Positions 36,857 through 48,708 are shown, counted from the first letter of the whole stretch. The stretch is DNA of 62,831 bases, filler included, from 4 parts of 4 records of this genome joined end to end with filler, not necessarily neighbours in it, one strand, 5' to 3'. Numbers and translations: made by a program. The notes: a model not told the origin generated them from the letters alone.

Positions 36857-39232
36857 ATGACAGAAGAACAGCATACAGAGCAAAAAAAGGTTGATCCAAC
36901 CTCACTTGAAATCCCAGCATCGCTTCCCATATTGCCTTTGCAGGGATTTGTGTTTTATCCAGGAATGGGGTTTCCCTTGCAGGTAGCCAGTGAATCCTCA
37001 AAGAAGCTTATTGATGATGTCCTGCTCGGCGACCGCATGTTGGGCATGGTAACCAGTCGGAAAGAGAAGGTCGCAGAAGGCGAGTCTCTAGGCAAAGAAG
37101 AATTGTACGACATTGGAGTGGTAGGTTACCTCCATAAGTTGACCAAGTCTCAGCAAGGGTATTACCAGGTATTGGTCAGCGGCACCAAAAAAATTAAGAT
37201 TGACGAATATACAACAACAGATCCCTATCTTCGGGCCACAATATCCGAAGTGCCAATGGATATTGTTGAGGACAAGAAGGTTGAGGCACTTGTTTTTAAT
37301 ATTCGTAATCAGTTCCAGAAACTGGTCAACGCCACTGAACTTCCCCAGGAAATGCTGGCAACGGTAAATACCCTGGAAAACCCCTTTTATGTAGCTTATT
37401 TGGTCAGCTCCCAGCTGAACTTAAAGATAGGTATGGAACAGGAGACCCTGGAACTAACAGATCTTCACGAATTGCTCCACCGTGTGACCCGTGAACTCAA
37501 CGACCGTATAGAAACGGTGGAAATGAGCAATGAACTGCAGGAAACCATGAAAAAGGACATGGATGGACGGCAGCGTGAATTTTTTCTCCGCCAGCAGTTG
37601 AAGGCCATTAATAAAGAGCTGGGCGAAGGAGAGGAGGATAAAGTCGAAATTCAGGAACTGCGTGAACGGGTTGCTGAAAAGGCACTTAGCGAAGAGGCAA
37701 GGAAGGTGGTTGACAAAGAGATCGCCAGACTTGATCGTATTTCGCCGTCATCACCGGAGTATTCGGTTTCAAGAAACTATCTTGACTGGATTCTTGATTT
37801 GCCCTGGATGGAATCTACCACTGACACGCTTGATCTTGAACAGGCTGAAAAAGATCTGGATAAAGATCATTACGGGCTTAAAAAAATTAAAAAACGAATT
37901 ATTGAGTTTTTGGCGGTACGTAAGCTGAAGGAAGATATCCATGGGCCGATTCTTTGTTTGAGCGGTCCTCCTGGGGTGGGTAAAACATCTCTTGGGCAGT
38001 CCATTGCCCGTACCATGAATCGAAAATTTGTCCGTATCGCTCTAGGTGGTTTGCGGGATGAAGCTGAGATTCGCGGGCATCGCCGGACCTATATTGGTGC
38101 CCTGCCGGGTCGTATTATTCAGAGTCTTAAACGGGCCGAGTCAAATAATCCTGTTTTTTTGCTGGATGAGGTTGATAAACTTGGTAACGATTTTCGAGGA
38201 GACCCATCTTCGGCTTTACTGGAAGTTTTGGATCCAGAACAAAATTCGACATTTACAGACCATTACCTCGATGTTGAATTTGATCTGTCCAAGGTCATGT
38301 TTATTGCCACCGCAAACGTTTTGGATACTATCCCTGGACCCCTGCGTGATCGGATGGAAGTGGTAGAACTTTCCGGGTATACCCAGCAGGAAAAGGTTGC
38401 CATTGCCACCCGGCACTTGGTACCAAAACAGATCGAGGCCCATGCTCTGACAGCAGATGATGTAGAGATTCCCGAGGAGACTGTTGAAAGCGTGATTGCT
38501 TCCTACACAAGGGAGGCTGGCGTTCGAAACCTGGAGCGGGAGATCGCAACCATTTGCAGAGGAATCGCTGCTGAAATAGCTAAAGGGAAAACAGAAAAGA
38601 CGGTGTTTACCCCTAAGAGCTTGTATAAATATCTTGGGCCATTACGGTTTTTTCCGGAAATGAAGGCCCGCACCTGGGGGCCGGGACTTGCCACTGGGCT
38701 AGCGTGGACACCTGTAGGAGGACAGATTCTTTTTATCGAAACTTCCATCATGAAAGGGCGAGGTGGATTGACTCTGACCGGTAAACTTGGCGATGTGATG
38801 AAGGAGTCAGCAACAGCAGCTCTGACATATATCAGGTCCCATGCAGAAGAGCTGGCTATTGATGAAGACCGTTTTGCAGCCATCGATCTCCATGTCCATG
38901 TGCCGGAGGGAGCTATTCCAAAAGATGGGCCATCTGCAGGTGTTTCCATGGTCTCCGCTCTAGTTTCGGTTATTACCGGTAATACAGTGCGTCAGGATGT
39001 GGCCATGACCGGTGAAATCACCCTCAGAGGTGATGTGCTGCCAGTGGGAGGTATTGGTGAAAAGGTTTTGGCAGCTCTGCGGGCAGGGATTAAAGAATTA
39101 ATCCTGCCGGTTTTAAATGAAAAAGATGTGTTGGAAATTCCAGAAGATATACGAGAGGGGGTAATTTTTCATTATCCTCATACTATTAGTGAAGTACTTG
39201 CAATAGCATTACAAAAAAAGGCGGATAGCTGA
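36857..39232 (+). CDS. lon: ATP-dependent protease La
   Basis: 'GPPGVGKTS', 'RGHRRTYIG', 'LLDEVDK' and the catalytic 'PKDGPSAG'. The start could instead be GTG 36848. Confidence 0.96.
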   Translation: MTEEQHTEQKKVDPTSLEIPASLPILPLQGFVFYPGMGFPLQVASESSKKLIDDVLLGDRMLGMVTSRKEKVAEGESLGKEELYDIGVVGYLHKLTKSQQGYYQVLVSGTKKIKIDEYTTTDPYLRATISEVPMDIVEDKKVEALVFNIRNQFQKLVNATELPQEMLATVNTLENPFYVAYLVSSQLNLKIGMEQETLELTDLHELLHRVTRELNDRIETVEMSNELQETMKKDMDGRQREFFLRQQLKAINKELGEGEEDKVEIQELRERVAEKALSEEARKVVDKEIARLDRISPSSPEYSVSRNYLDWILDLPWMESTTDTLDLEQAEKDLDKDHYGLKKIKKRIIEFLAVRKLKEDIHGPILCLSGPPGVGKTSLGQSIARTMNRKFVRIALGGLRDEAEIRGHRRTYIGALPGRIIQSLKRAESNNPVFLLDEVDKLGNDFRGDPSSALLEVLDPEQNSTFTDHYLDVEFDLSKVMFIATANVLDTIPGPLRDRMEVVELSGYTQQEKVAIATRHLVPKQIEAHALTADDVEIPEETVESVIASYTREAGVRNLEREIATICRGIAAEIAKGKTEKTVFTPKSLYKYLGPLRFFPEMKARTWGPGLATGLAWTPVGGQILFIETSIMKGRGGLTLTGKLGDVMKESATAALTYIRSHAEELAIDEDRFAAIDLHVHVPEGAIPKDGPSAGVSMVSALVSVITGNTVRQDVAMTGEITLRGDVLPVGGIGEKVLAALRAGIKELILPVLNEKDVLEIPEDIREGVIFHYPHTISEVLAIALQKKADS

Positions 39233-40935
39233 TGCTTGGCTGGTTTAAGAAAAAGTTTGGTCGCAAAAAGAAGGAAGAACCGGAAGTAGTAGAGGTTCCT
39301 CAGGAAGTGCAAATTGAAGAAAGCGTTGCTCCTGAAGCGCCGACTGTGGCTGAAACTCCAGAGGTGGAGAAAAGCCCCCCCCCTGCTGTAGAAGAGGAGG
39401 ATACCGGGGGAGATACTCAACCCGATATTGAGCAGGTAGACGTTTTACCCGAGCCGAAGGAAGAACACGAGGAAGAACAAGAACTGCCTGTAGAAAAAGT
39501 GGAGGCAGTTGTTGGAGTGGTTTTAGATTCTGAAGCTGAGGAAGAACCAAGATTGGCAGATCCTCAACCGGAAATGGTAGAAGAAGTACTTTCTGTGAGT
39601 GAGGCCGAAGACGATGAGCAGGTAAGTGCAGAACCAGTTGAAGCAGCGGTTGTAGAAGAGTCGGAGGTAGATGCAGCCACTGAACAGGAAGGCGTTTCCA
39701 TTGTTGAACCTGAAGAAGAAGCGGGGAGTGCAAAAGATTTTGTTGATGTCCCAACTGGAGAAGCAGATGCTGCACTTGAAGTTGAAACGACGGCTGCTGA
39801 AGAGTTAGAGGATGCAGAGCCGGTAGAAACCGAAGATGCTGTTGAAGCTGTTCCGGCTGCTGAGATAGAAGAGTCTGTAGAAGAATTAGCTGCCATAGAG
39901 GAAGAGCCTTTTGCTCGTGAAGAGGAACTGCCTGAGGATGTTCCTCCTGAGGTCGAGGAAGAGGCCGAACCTGTTGCTCCAGTAAAGCAAAAGGCATCCT
40001 CTCCCTCGCTTTTTAAACGGCTGCACCAACGTTTAGGTAAGACCCGCGACTCATTTGTTCATCGGATTGACAGCCTATTTTTGGGCCGAAAAGAGATTGA
40101 TCAGGAATTGTTCGATGATTTGGAAGAAATTCTGATTACCGCAGATCTCGGTGTGGAGACCACCATGGATTTGCTGGAGCACGCGAGAAAGACTGTCAAG
40201 CGTGATCAACTCAGTGATCCCCGATCGTTGAAAAAGGTGCTCCGCGACCGAATTTATAGTTACATAGAGTCTTCTGATCAAGCAGCAGAATTGGTCATGC
40301 CCGATAAAGGGCCTTTTGTGATTATGGTTATCGGAGTTAATGGGGTAGGAAAGACAACCACCATCGGTAAGATTGCCAATAAATTTGTTAACTCCGGCCA
40401 ATCGGTACTCCTTGTTGCCGGTGATACCTTCAGAGCCGCAGCCATTGACCAGTTAAAAATTTGGGGCAGTCGAGTTGGGGTGGAAGTCGTAGCCCAGCAG
40501 CCAGGTTCAGACCCCTCTTCTGTTGTTTTTGATGGTATGGAATACGGCATTGCCCATAAATACGATGTTATCATCATCGATACTGCAGGTCGTCTCCACA
40601 CTAGCGTGAACCTGATGCAAGAGCTCAAGAAGATCAAACGGGTTATCGGCAAAAAGCTGCCTAAAGCGCCCCATGAGGTCATGTTGGTACTTGACGCAAC
40701 CACAGGTCAAAACGGTATTTCCCAGGCCAAGCTGTTTGATGCAGCCGTGGATGTGACCGGGCTGGCCATGTCTAAACTCGATGGGACTGCCAAGGGCGGC
40801 ATTGTAGCCACTATTTGTCGAGAGATGAAAATTCCGGTACGCTTTATCGGTATAGGTGAGCAAATGGATGACTTGCGGGATTTTGATTCCCGGGAGTTTG
40901 TCGATGCTCTGTTTGCCGACCAGGAAGAAGAGTAG
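39232..40935 (+). CDS. ftsY: SRP receptor FtsY with long acidic N-terminal domain
   Basis: 'GVNGVGKTTT', 'DTFRAAA', 'DTAGR' and 'KLDGTAKGG'. Confidence 0.96.
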   Translation: MLGWFKKKFGRKKKEEPEVVEVPQEVQIEESVAPEAPTVAETPEVEKSPPPAVEEEDTGGDTQPDIEQVDVLPEPKEEHEEEQELPVEKVEAVVGVVLDSEAEEEPRLADPQPEMVEEVLSVSEAEDDEQVSAEPVEAAVVEESEVDAATEQEGVSIVEPEEEAGSAKDFVDVPTGEADAALEVETTAAEELEDAEPVETEDAVEAVPAAEIEESVEELAAIEEEPFAREEELPEDVPPEVEEEAEPVAPVKQKASSPSLFKRLHQRLGKTRDSFVHRIDSLFLGRKEIDQELFDDLEEILITADLGVETTMDLLEHARKTVKRDQLSDPRSLKKVLRDRIYSYIESSDQAAELVMPDKGPFVIMVIGVNGVGKTTTIGKIANKFVNSGQSVLLVAGDTFRAAAIDQLKIWGSRVGVEVVAQQPGSDPSSVVFDGMEYGIAHKYDVIIIDTAGRLHTSVNLMQELKKIKRVIGKKLPKAPHEVMLVLDATTGQNGISQAKLFDAAVDVTGLAMSKLDGTAKGGIVATICREMKIPVRFIGIGEQMDDLRDFDSREFVDALFADQEEE

Positions 40936-40951
40936 GCGCACTACAGTTATA

Positions 40952-40986
40952 AGCCTGTTGAATTACCAGGAGTAAATCAACAGGCT
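40952..40986 (+). terminator. Hairpin after ftsY
   Basis: AGCCTGTTGA...TCAACAGGCT. Confidence 0.55.
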
Positions 40987-41035
40987 CAGTTATTTCTCAG
41001 GTTTTTTTCCTTTATTATTTTCTTAACACACTATT

Positions 41036-41869
41036 ATGGAATATAGACAACACAACCAGCCGGGATGTGGCGGCTGTCTGCTGATTATTGGCCTGTTGCT
41101 TCTGGTAACAGGAGGCGCTCCGGCCCTTTTTAATTTTCTTGGTTTTATCTTTTTTTCAGGTGTTTTCGGCATTCTGCTTTTGGTGGCTGCTTTCTGGGGC
41201 TTTTCCTACTATGTACGCCAGCGGGTGTCGACCTATGAATCCACTCAGACGGAATCCCATAAGCGTTTTGTGTATTTGCTGGTGCATGTGCTGGTCAAAA
41301 TTGCCCAGGCAGACGGCCATTTTACGAGGGCTGAGCTCAATACCATAGTCAGTTTTTTCCAGAATAATCTGCGCTATAATCAGGATCAGATGTACTGGGT
41401 GAAACAACTCATCAAGGACGCCCGTGAAGCTGATGTAAGCATGGACGAATTACTTGAGGAGTTTCGCAGTTCATTTGCTTACGAACCGCGGTTGATCCTG
41501 CTTGAGCTCGTTTATCAGATCATTTATACCAAGCAGCCGCCCGTTGAAAGTGAGTTGGTAACGGCTAGGAGAATTGCCAGCTTTCTGCAGATCTCTGCTT
41601 ATGATCAGCGAACGTTTGAGGCCAAATATAAGTATCATCAGTATCAGGAAGCTACAAATGGCGCAGCAGCAGAAGAACGGTACTACGGAGTGTTGGGGCT
41701 TGATGCCGGTGCAGATTTTGCGGCCATTAAAAAAGCCTACCGGAAACTGTCCATGCAGTATCATCCGGATAAAGTCGCCCATTTAGGAGATGAGTTCAAA
41801 GGGGTTGCCGAGGAAAAAATGAAAGAAATTAACGCTGCTTACGATTATTTTAAGCGTAAATTTGAATGA
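41036..41869 (+). CDS. DjlA-like TerB + J-domain co-chaperone
   Basis: N-terminal TM, TerB-like 'IAQADGH', and a C-terminal J-domain 'YHPDK'. Confidence 0.85.
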   Translation: MEYRQHNQPGCGGCLLIIGLLLLVTGGAPALFNFLGFIFFSGVFGILLLVAAFWGFSYYVRQRVSTYESTQTESHKRFVYLLVHVLVKIAQADGHFTRAELNTIVSFFQNNLRYNQDQMYWVKQLIKDAREADVSMDELLEEFRSSFAYEPRLILLELVYQIIYTKQPPVESELVTARRIASFLQISAYDQRTFEAKYKYHQYQEATNGAAAEERYYGVLGLDAGADFAAIKKAYRKLSMQYHPDKVAHLGDEFKGVAEEKMKEINAAYDYFKRKFE

Positions 41870-41940
41870 GAGCAGTCCTTGAGGGTTTAGATACGTTTAC
41901 TAACAGTTTAAAATTACTCATCATATGAGGGGGAAACAGT

Positions 41941-43122
41941 ATGGCAATTGCTAAAAAAATGAGAATCTTTGCTGAAAAGTCGTCCTGGATCAGGAAGATG
42001 TTTGAAGAGGGGGCAAAGATGAAGGCTGAGTTCGGTGATGAGAATGTCTTTGATTTTAGTATCGGAAACCCTGACGTGCCGCCTCCGGAAAAATTCTCTT
42101 CTGTACTTCAGGAGCTCGTGAGCGACGATAAACCAGGGAGTCATGGTTACATGCCCAATGGGGGCTACCCGTATGTGCGGGAGGCACTTGCTGAGAGACT
42201 TTCCCGTGATCAGGAGGTGAGCCTTGATCAAGGGGATGTACTGATGACCTGCGGGGCGGCTGGTGCCCTCAATGTTACCTTCAAGGCCTTGCTGGATCCT
42301 GGTGACGAGGTCATCGTCCTGTGTCCTTTTTTTGTTGATTATCACTTTTATGTGGACAATCACGGCGGGGTTGTCAAAGTCGTGCCGACCGATGATCAAT
42401 TTAACCTGGATCTCAAGGCGCTTGAAGAGGCGATTACCGATAAGACCAAAGTGGTGCTCATAAATAGCCCGAATAACCCTACCGGCCAGATTTATTCTGC
42501 TGAAGCGTTGGCGAGCCTTGGTAAAATGCTGGATGCGGCGAGCGATAAATTTTGTACCTCGATCTACCTGATATCTGATGAGCCGTATCGGAATATTGTG
42601 TACGACAACCATGAAGTACCTGCCTTGATGACAGCAACTACTAATTCGATTGTAGTTTCTTCTTATTCTAAGGAGTTGTCATTACCCGGAGAACGTATCG
42701 GCTATATTGCTGTGCATCCGGATATGGCTGAAAAGCAGAGTGTTCTTAATGCCATGACATTGGCTAACAGGATCCTTGGTTTTATCAATGCACCGGCATT
42801 GATGCAGCGGGCAGTGGCCCAGCTGCAGGATGTTTCCGTAGACAGCAGCATTTATGCTGCCAGGTTGGAAGTTTTTTGTAAGGTTCTTGATGATGCAGGG
42901 TTTGAGTACGAGCGCCCCAAAGGTGCATTCTACCTGTTCCCCAAAGTGCCCATCGATGATGTTGATTTTTGCAGCCTGCTCCAAGAGGAAAAGATTCTTG
43001 CCGTTCCAGGCCGTGGTTTTGGTATGCCTGGCTACATTCGACTGGCTTTTTGTGTTGACGAAGCTATTATAAGTAAGGCAGCTGAAGGGTTTAAGAGAGC
43101 CATGGCAGCAGCTCAGAAGTAA
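41941..43122 (+). CDS. Class I/II PLP aminotransferase (aspartate aminotransferase-like)
   Basis: 'NSPNNPTG', 'SDEPY' and 'SYSKELSLPGERIG'. Confidence 0.9.
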   Translation: MAIAKKMRIFAEKSSWIRKMFEEGAKMKAEFGDENVFDFSIGNPDVPPPEKFSSVLQELVSDDKPGSHGYMPNGGYPYVREALAERLSRDQEVSLDQGDVLMTCGAAGALNVTFKALLDPGDEVIVLCPFFVDYHFYVDNHGGVVKVVPTDDQFNLDLKALEEAITDKTKVVLINSPNNPTGQIYSAEALASLGKMLDAASDKFCTSIYLISDEPYRNIVYDNHEVPALMTATTNSIVVSSYSKELSLPGERIGYIAVHPDMAEKQSVLNAMTLANRILGFINAPALMQRAVAQLQDVSVDSSIYAARLEVFCKVLDDAGFEYERPKGAFYLFPKVPIDDVDFCSLLQEEKILAVPGRGFGMPGYIRLAFCVDEAIISKAAEGFKRAMAAAQK

Positions 43123-43140
43123 TAAGGAAATAACGAAAAG

Positions 43141-43190
43141 AAAAGGAGTTTGGTTTCGCACCTGTGGTTGCGGAACCAAACTCCTTTTTT
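43141..43190. terminator. Bidirectional terminator between convergent genes
   Basis: AAAAGGAGTTTGGTTTCGCA...TGCGGAACCAAACTCCTTTTTT. Confidence 0.8.
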
Positions 43191-43198
43191 ATTGGTAC

Positions 43199-43298
43199 CT
43201 GCTCCCAGGTACCCCATCTTCGGACGATCACGGTTTCCCGTATAGATTGTCTATTACGGCAAACCGAGCTTGTCCAAATATAGCGCACCTGAGAGCAG
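43199..43298 (-). ncRNA. Candidate 100-nt rod-like structured RNA downstream of glmM
   Basis: Long imperfect hairpin whose non-Watson-Crick positions include four G-U pairs on the minus strand. Confidence 0.4.
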
Positions 43299-43418
43299 TT
43301 CCATTTCACAAGTAAGGAAAATCATAGCGTTACAAACTCTATGGGTAATCAATTCTATTGAATGATCTGAAAGGTGAATATGTGCTTGTTGGTGCTATAC
43401 TCAGATTACACCATTGCT

Positions 43419-44768
43419 TTACCTATCAGCTCGCCGGATGACATCGCACAGTTCCAGGGCTATGGTTTCTATCTCCTGCTGGTCTTCTCCCTCTGTCATG
43501 ACTCTGATTACCGGTTCTGTACCCGATGGGCGGACCAAAATCCTTCCCCGCTTGCCCATTTTATTTTCAGCCGCAGCCAGTGCCTCGGGAAACCCGGGGA
43601 TTTGAGTTGGCGCTATCTTGCTCGACATTCGTACGTTTTCAAGCACTTGTGGGTAGGTCGACATGATTTTGGCTAATTCAGAGATTGGCTTTTTCTTCTT
43701 AATCATGATCGCTAAGAGCTGCAAACCGGCGAGAATACCGTCACCTGTGGTATTATGGTCTAGAAAAACCAAGTGACCGGACTGTTCGCCGCCAAAATTA
43801 TATCCTTTGGCACGCATGGTCTCCACCACATAACGATCCCCAACATTACTCCTCACCATTTGACCGCCCATATCGAGCATCGCCTTTTCCAACCCCATGT
43901 TGGACATGACCGTGGCGACAAGGGTTTTTTTCTTTAGTTTCCTGCGACGGAGTAAGTCCTTGGCACATATCGCCATGATATGATCGCCATCAACAATATC
44001 GCCATTTTCATCACACACAATCAACCGGTCACCGTCGCCATCAAGAGCAAGTCCAATATCCGCACCCAGCTGTTTTACCTTCTCAGCCATAAGTTCCGGA
44101 TGTAGGGCGCCGCATTCGTGATTTATGTTTTTACCGTTTGGTGATACGCCCAAGGTTGTCACCTTTGCGCCCAGTTCGGTGAATACGTGAGGTGCTACCT
44201 TGTAGGTCGCTCCATGGGCACAATCAAGTACAATGTGAAAATCATCAAGGGTGTATTGCTTTGGGAAGGTATTTTTGAGGTAAACAATATAGCGTCCCTG
44301 TGCATCATCTATGCGCGAAGCTTTTCCGACCTCGTCTGCCACCGGTCGAAGTGCAGCCATTTTTTGGGAGAAAATAAGGTCTTCTATATCAGCTTCAACC
44401 TCATCCGGCAGCTTGAAGCCGTTATGAGAAAATATTTTGATGCCGTTATCTTGAAATGGATTGTGAGAAGCAGAAATAACTACCCCCGCATCAGCACGCA
44501 TGGAGGTGGTTATAAAGGCAATGCCAGGAGTTGGTAACGGTCCCACTACTTGGACATTGACTCCCATGGAACAGATGCCTGCAGAAAGGGCGTTTTCAAT
44601 CATGTAGCCCGACAGCCGGGTATCTTTACCAATGACAATGGAGTTGCCCTTGGCGCGGTTCTTAACAATAAAGGCTATTGCCCTACCTATTTGCATGGCT
44701 ATTTCAGAGGTCATTGGATAGGTATTGGCGACACCTCTCACTCCGTCGGTGCCAAAAAGTTTACGCAT
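43419..44768 (-). CDS. glmM: Phosphoglucosamine mutase
   Basis: 'LFGTDGVRG', 'ISASHNP', 'DGDGDR' and 'GGEQSGH'. Confidence 0.96.
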   Translation of the reverse strand: MRKLFGTDGVRGVANTYPMTSEIAMQIGRAIAFIVKNRAKGNSIVIGKDTRLSGYMIENALSAGICSMGVNVQVVGPLPTPGIAFITTSMRADAGVVISASHNPFQDNGIKIFSHNGFKLPDEVEADIEDLIFSQKMAALRPVADEVGKASRIDDAQGRYIVYLKNTFPKQYTLDDFHIVLDCAHGATYKVAPHVFTELGAKVTTLGVSPNGKNINHECGALHPELMAEKVKQLGADIGLALDGDGDRLIVCDENGDIVDGDHIMAICAKDLLRRRKLKKKTLVATVMSNMGLEKAMLDMGGQMVRSNVGDRYVVETMRAKGYNFGGEQSGHLVFLDHNTTGDGILAGLQLLAIMIKKKKPISELAKIMSTYPQVLENVRMSSKIAPTQIPGFPEALAAAENKMGKRGRILVRPSGTEPVIRVMTEGEDQQEIETIALELCDVIRRADR

Positions 44769-44932
44769 AGTTGTTCCTCTTGCTTTGGAATAAATGAGCC
44801 TGCTGATTTACTGTTTTTTCGTTCAATCTCTCGGAGTCTTCGCTTACCTTACTATGCAACGACCTTGAAAGAAAATCTTTGTAAATTCAAATACTCATGA
44901 ATAAGACAGATAAAGGTGTGTGTCAAAAAATG

Positions 44933-45910
44933 TCAGGGCTGAGGCAGTGAAGCTGGAGCCGTTGTATCTCTAACAGGTATAAGGCGAACGTTTTTCGGCT
45001 TTACTTTGATAATGGTAATCGGTTTATGACCGGGAACGTTAATTCCGTTGACTGTTACCGGAATGAAACCATCAGTATCCGGATCGGTTTTAGAACTGAC
45101 AGACGCTCTAAACAGCATGGCTAGTTCAGGCGTGTCGCGGATTAAGTTTTCAGCAATATCTGCTTCCACGGTTACCATGGATGGGGTAGTCCGGAAAGGG
45201 AAGTCGGCATCTCGAACATTGACGGGAATACCGCGCACAGTTTTGGTAAGCAGTGTTTCTTCAACCTCCAGGGTCGCTGTTACCACTGTTTCTCCGATTT
45301 GCTTGAACATTTCATTGCTCAGATCGAGCGCCACCTGGAGTTTGGTTGACTGTTCCAGTCCATCAAGGACGATAACCACTGTTTTTAACGCTGTTTGTTT
45401 TTCCAGCAGGGTTTTGGGACCGGTGACCGTGAGTTTGTCAGGGTCTATGGTGATTGACTTCAGTACATACCCGGCATTCGGTTCGCCTTCGAGAACGGGA
45501 TTTATGGCAAAATCTTTTTGTTCAAGTTGGTCTATCAGCAAGGTGAAACTGGTGGGTTGGAGCCTCTGCACAGTAATCCCCTGCGGGAAAGGAATAGAAT
45601 TACGGTCATTGGCGATAACAATAGCACCTGCTTCCACCTTGGAGAGGTCAACCGGCCTGGAAATATTCTGTTGCCGTATTTCTTGGATGATGCGTCTGGA
45701 TCCCCTGATAGAAACTTCGATATCTTTTTTAAACTGATTAGCAATCACCAGGTTTGCAGGCAGATTATGCACTTCAATGGGAACATTGACAGTAATGTCT
45801 ATCTGGTCTTCTCCCACAACAAAATACCAAAGGCTGGCACCGATAATAAGCGCGGTTAATTTGAGTATCCAGTTTTTGGGCATCAATGCGGTGAGTTTGG
45901 TGTTGGTCAT
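44933..45910 (-). CDS. cdaR: CdaR/YbbR-domain protein
   Basis: N-terminal TM 'NWILKLTALIIGASLWYFV' and YbbR-like beta repeats, between cdaA and glmM. Confidence 0.8.
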   Translation of the reverse strand: MTNTKLTALMPKNWILKLTALIIGASLWYFVVGEDQIDITVNVPIEVHNLPANLVIANQFKKDIEVSIRGSRRIIQEIRQQNISRPVDLSKVEAGAIVIANDRNSIPFPQGITVQRLQPTSFTLLIDQLEQKDFAINPVLEGEPNAGYVLKSITIDPDKLTVTGPKTLLEKQTALKTVVIVLDGLEQSTKLQVALDLSNEMFKQIGETVVTATLEVEETLLTKTVRGIPVNVRDADFPFRTTPSMVTVEADIAENLIRDTPELAMLFRASVSSKTDPDTDGFIPVTVNGINVPGHKPITIIKVKPKNVRLIPVRDTTAPASLPQP

Positions 45911-46719
45911 TTTCGTTTTGCTTTTTTGTGCAGTGTGAACCAGTTTTTCCAGCTGTTGGTGACTTTAGCTTTTCTTTGTCTGAGTATTGATTGCAGTGCG
46001 GAATGGAGTGCTTTTTCATCAAACAGCGTTGCGATTCTCCCTTGTTTTACAAGGGAAATTTCTTGGGTTTCTTCGGACACAACCACAATAACGGCATCTG
46101 TTTCTTCTGAAAGTCCCAATGCTGCACGGTGCCTGGTACCGTAGCGTTTATCTATGCGGGTATTCTTTGAAAGCGGGAGCAGGCAGCCGGCTGAATGTAT
46201 TTTTCCTTTATGGATAATCACTCCCCCATCATGCATGGGGGATGAGGGGATAAAGATGGAAACGAGCAGCTCATAGCAAAGTCGGGCGTCAAGGCGGAAA
46301 CCGGATTCAATATAGTCGCGTAACCCTGTTTCCCTTTCAATGACAAGCAGTGCTCCGATTTTCCGTTTAGCCATATATGTTGCCGCCCGCACAATTTCTT
46401 CTATATCTTGTTGGGCGACATCATCTGATTTTTGAAAAGGGGCCTTCCCCACTTGAGTGAGTGCACGCCTGATATCAGCCTGGAAAACAATGATGACAAG
46501 CAGGAGGATGGAGCTGAGGAAGGTCTTGAATAGCCAGTGCAGGGTTTGCAGTTCCAGTTTTCCGGAAATGAAATAGATAATGATAATGACAGCTATGCCT
46601 GCCAGCATTTGAACAGCTCGGGTGCCGCGGATCAGCAGCATGATACGATAAATTAAGAAAGAGACAATCAGGATATCTGCAATATCCTGCCATCGTAGTA
46701 ATCCGAGAGTATCGAGCAT
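45907..46719 (-). CDS. cdaA: Diadenylate cyclase CdaA/DacA
   Basis: Three N-terminal TM helices, 'GALLVIER', 'HDGG' (DGA-motif variant) and 'GTRHRAA'. Confidence 0.92.
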   Translation of the reverse strand: MLDTLGLLRWQDIADILIVSFLIYRIMLLIRGTRAVQMLAGIAVIIIIYFISGKLELQTLHWLFKTFLSSILLLVIIVFQADIRRALTQVGKAPFQKSDDVAQQDIEEIVRAATYMAKRKIGALLVIERETGLRDYIESGFRLDARLCYELLVSIFIPSSPMHDGGVIIHKGKIHSAGCLLPLSKNTRIDKRYGTRHRAALGLSEETDAVIVVVSEETQEISLVKQGRIATLFDEKALHSALQSILRQRKAKVTNSWKNWFTLHKKAKRK

Positions 46720-46941
46720 AATTTGAGTGGTAAAAGGAGTGTGATTAATTAATACTAAAAATTTAGCATGTTAGCGGGTAAATGAACAGAAGAAACAGAA
46801 ACAGTGTCTAAAAAAGGAAACAAGTAACAGAATGTGACAAGCGGCTGCAGTATGTGGTAAGAAGCATCTGGTAACGATAAAAGTACCAGAAGGGTACAGG
46901 AGTATTGTATTTGATTTCGTTTTTTGCAGGGGAGGGGACTT

Positions 46942-47532
46942 ATGACAATGGAACAAATGGTACGGGAAACCAGGACAGTAAGAAGATTTCAAGAAGAAAA
47001 AATTGTCACAGTAGAATTGTTAAAAGGATTGGTTGACACTGCCCGGTTGAGCGGCTCTGCTCGAAATGGCCAGGTTCTCAAGTATATGCTTGTGACCGAA
47101 AAAGAGCAGCGAGACCTTGTTTTTCCGCTACTTGGCTGGGCAGGCTATCTCAGCGATTGGAAAGGGCCTGAATCAGGAGAGCGGCCAGCTGCTTACGTTC
47201 TGTGTCTGCTTGATAGTGAAATCTTGAAAGGGTCTGAAAATGAAGCACACTTTGATTGCGGTATTGCCACTCAGAGTATGTTGTTGGCTGCTGCAGAGCA
47301 GGGAGTGTACGGGTGCCGTATAGGTGCCTTTGCCAAGAATATAGACAAGGTGCTCAATGTTATGGCGCCATTGTCTGTTTTGTTGGTGCTTGCCCTTGGG
47401 TACCCTGCAGAGGCTGTAGTCTTGGAAGAGGTCAGCAATGATGGGGAAATACAGTACTGGCGGGATGAGCAAGGAGTACATCATGTACCCAAGCGAAGCC
47501 TAGAAGATGTGCTGGTAGAAACGACCTTCTAG
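46942..47532 (+). CDS. Nitroreductase family protein
   Basis: 'RTVRRF', 'ARLSGSARNGQ', 'DCGIATQSMLL' and 'LALGYP'. Confidence 0.85.
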   Translation: MTMEQMVRETRTVRRFQEEKIVTVELLKGLVDTARLSGSARNGQVLKYMLVTEKEQRDLVFPLLGWAGYLSDWKGPESGERPAAYVLCLLDSEILKGSENEAHFDCGIATQSMLLAAAEQGVYGCRIGAFAKNIDKVLNVMAPLSVLLVLALGYPAEAVVLEEVSNDGEIQYWRDEQGVHHVPKRSLEDVLVETTF

Positions 47533-47572
47533 GAGGCTGTCTGAGAATGTTATTTTCGCCCGACTCGGCGTC

Positions 47573-47672
47573 NNNNNNNNNNNNNNNNNNNNNNNNNNNN
47601 NNNNNNNNNNNNNNNNTTAATTAATTAANNNNNNNNNNNNNNNNNNNNNNNNNNNNNNNNNNNNNNNNNNNN
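47573..47672. other. Artificial contig linker
   Basis: N-run with TTAATTAATTAA. Confidence 0.97.
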
Positions 47673-47680
47673 AATAAACG

Positions 47681-48649
47681 ATGAACGACCGGATCATGTT
47701 AGCGGTTCAGGCCCTTAAAAAGCATTTCCCTGTCACCAGGGGGACGTTATTCACCAAGGTGGTTGGAAATGTCAAGGCCGTAGACAATGTGACTTTCGAT
47801 ATCCGGCCGGGTGAAACCCTGGGGTTGGTTGGAGAATCGGGCTGCGGCAAATCCACCACCGCCAATACGGTGCTGGCCCTGGAGGCGCCGACTTCCGGAA
47901 GGGTTTTGTTTGAAGGCCGGGACATCAATCAATTCAAGCGGCATGAGCTGTTCGATTTTCGGCGAAATATCCAGGCGGTTTTTCAGGATCCTTTCAGGTC
48001 TCTAAACCCGAGGAAGAAAGTAAGGAACATCATCGGCGAACCTCTTTTGGTTCATAAAGCAGGCACGAAGAAAGAAATGGAAAGCCGCATTGATGAACTG
48101 GCGTCATTGGTCGGATTCACGCGTCAGCAGGTCGGCCAATATCCTCATGAATTCAGCGGCGGCCAGCGGCAGAGGATCGCAATCGCACGGGCCCTGGCCT
48201 TGAACCCGAAAATGATCGTGCTGGATGAGCCTGTTTCAGCCCTGGATGTTTCGATCCAGGCCCAGATACTGAATCTTCTGATCGATCTCCAGAAACAGTT
48301 CGGCTTGACTTACCTGATCATTTCTCACGACCTGGCGGTTGTAGAACACATCAGCACACATATCGGGGTGATGTACCTGGGCCGTTTGGTGGAATTGGCC
48401 GATAGGGACAGCCTGTACAGCCGTCCCGGTCATCCTTATACAAAAGCCCTGCTATCTTCCGTGCCTGTGGCTGATCCGGAGATCATCAAGGAAGTGACAT
48501 TGGAGGGCGAAGCGCCCAGTCCGTTGAATCCGCCCGGCGGATGCCCTTTTCATCCGCGTTGTCCGGACAGTCTGCCCCAATGCCATGAGGAAATGCCTGG
48601 CCGGATTGAGATTTCACCGGGCCATTGGGCGGCCTGCCATTTGTTTTAG
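47681..48649 (+). CDS. Oligopeptide/dipeptide ABC ATP-binding subunit (OppF/DppF-like)
   Basis: 'GESGCGKST', 'FSGGQRQR', 'LDEPVSALD' and the C-terminal 'GCPFHPRC'. Confidence 0.92.
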   Translation: MNDRIMLAVQALKKHFPVTRGTLFTKVVGNVKAVDNVTFDIRPGETLGLVGESGCGKSTTANTVLALEAPTSGRVLFEGRDINQFKRHELFDFRRNIQAVFQDPFRSLNPRKKVRNIIGEPLLVHKAGTKKEMESRIDELASLVGFTRQQVGQYPHEFSGGQRQRIAIARALALNPKMIVLDEPVSALDVSIQAQILNLLIDLQKQFGLTYLIISHDLAVVEHISTHIGVMYLGRLVELADRDSLYSRPGHPYTKALLSSVPVADPEIIKEVTLEGEAPSPLNPPGGCPFHPRCPDSLPQCHEEMPGRIEISPGHWAACHLF

Positions 48650-48708
48650 GAACTTTATAACGGTAAATCCGAATGGGTTGCCAAGGTAACAAAACAGGAG
48701 GAATAGAG

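Noticed and set aside
39280-39980. Glu/Ala/Val-rich quasi-repeats
   Set aside because: This is the ordinary acidic low-complexity N-terminal domain of FtsY, with no exact DNA tandem array.
43255-43300. GGCAAAC resembling a c-di-GMP-I riboswitch
   Set aside because: The GAAA tetraloop stem and GACGCAAA partner are missing, and it lies between convergent genes, not in a 5' leader.
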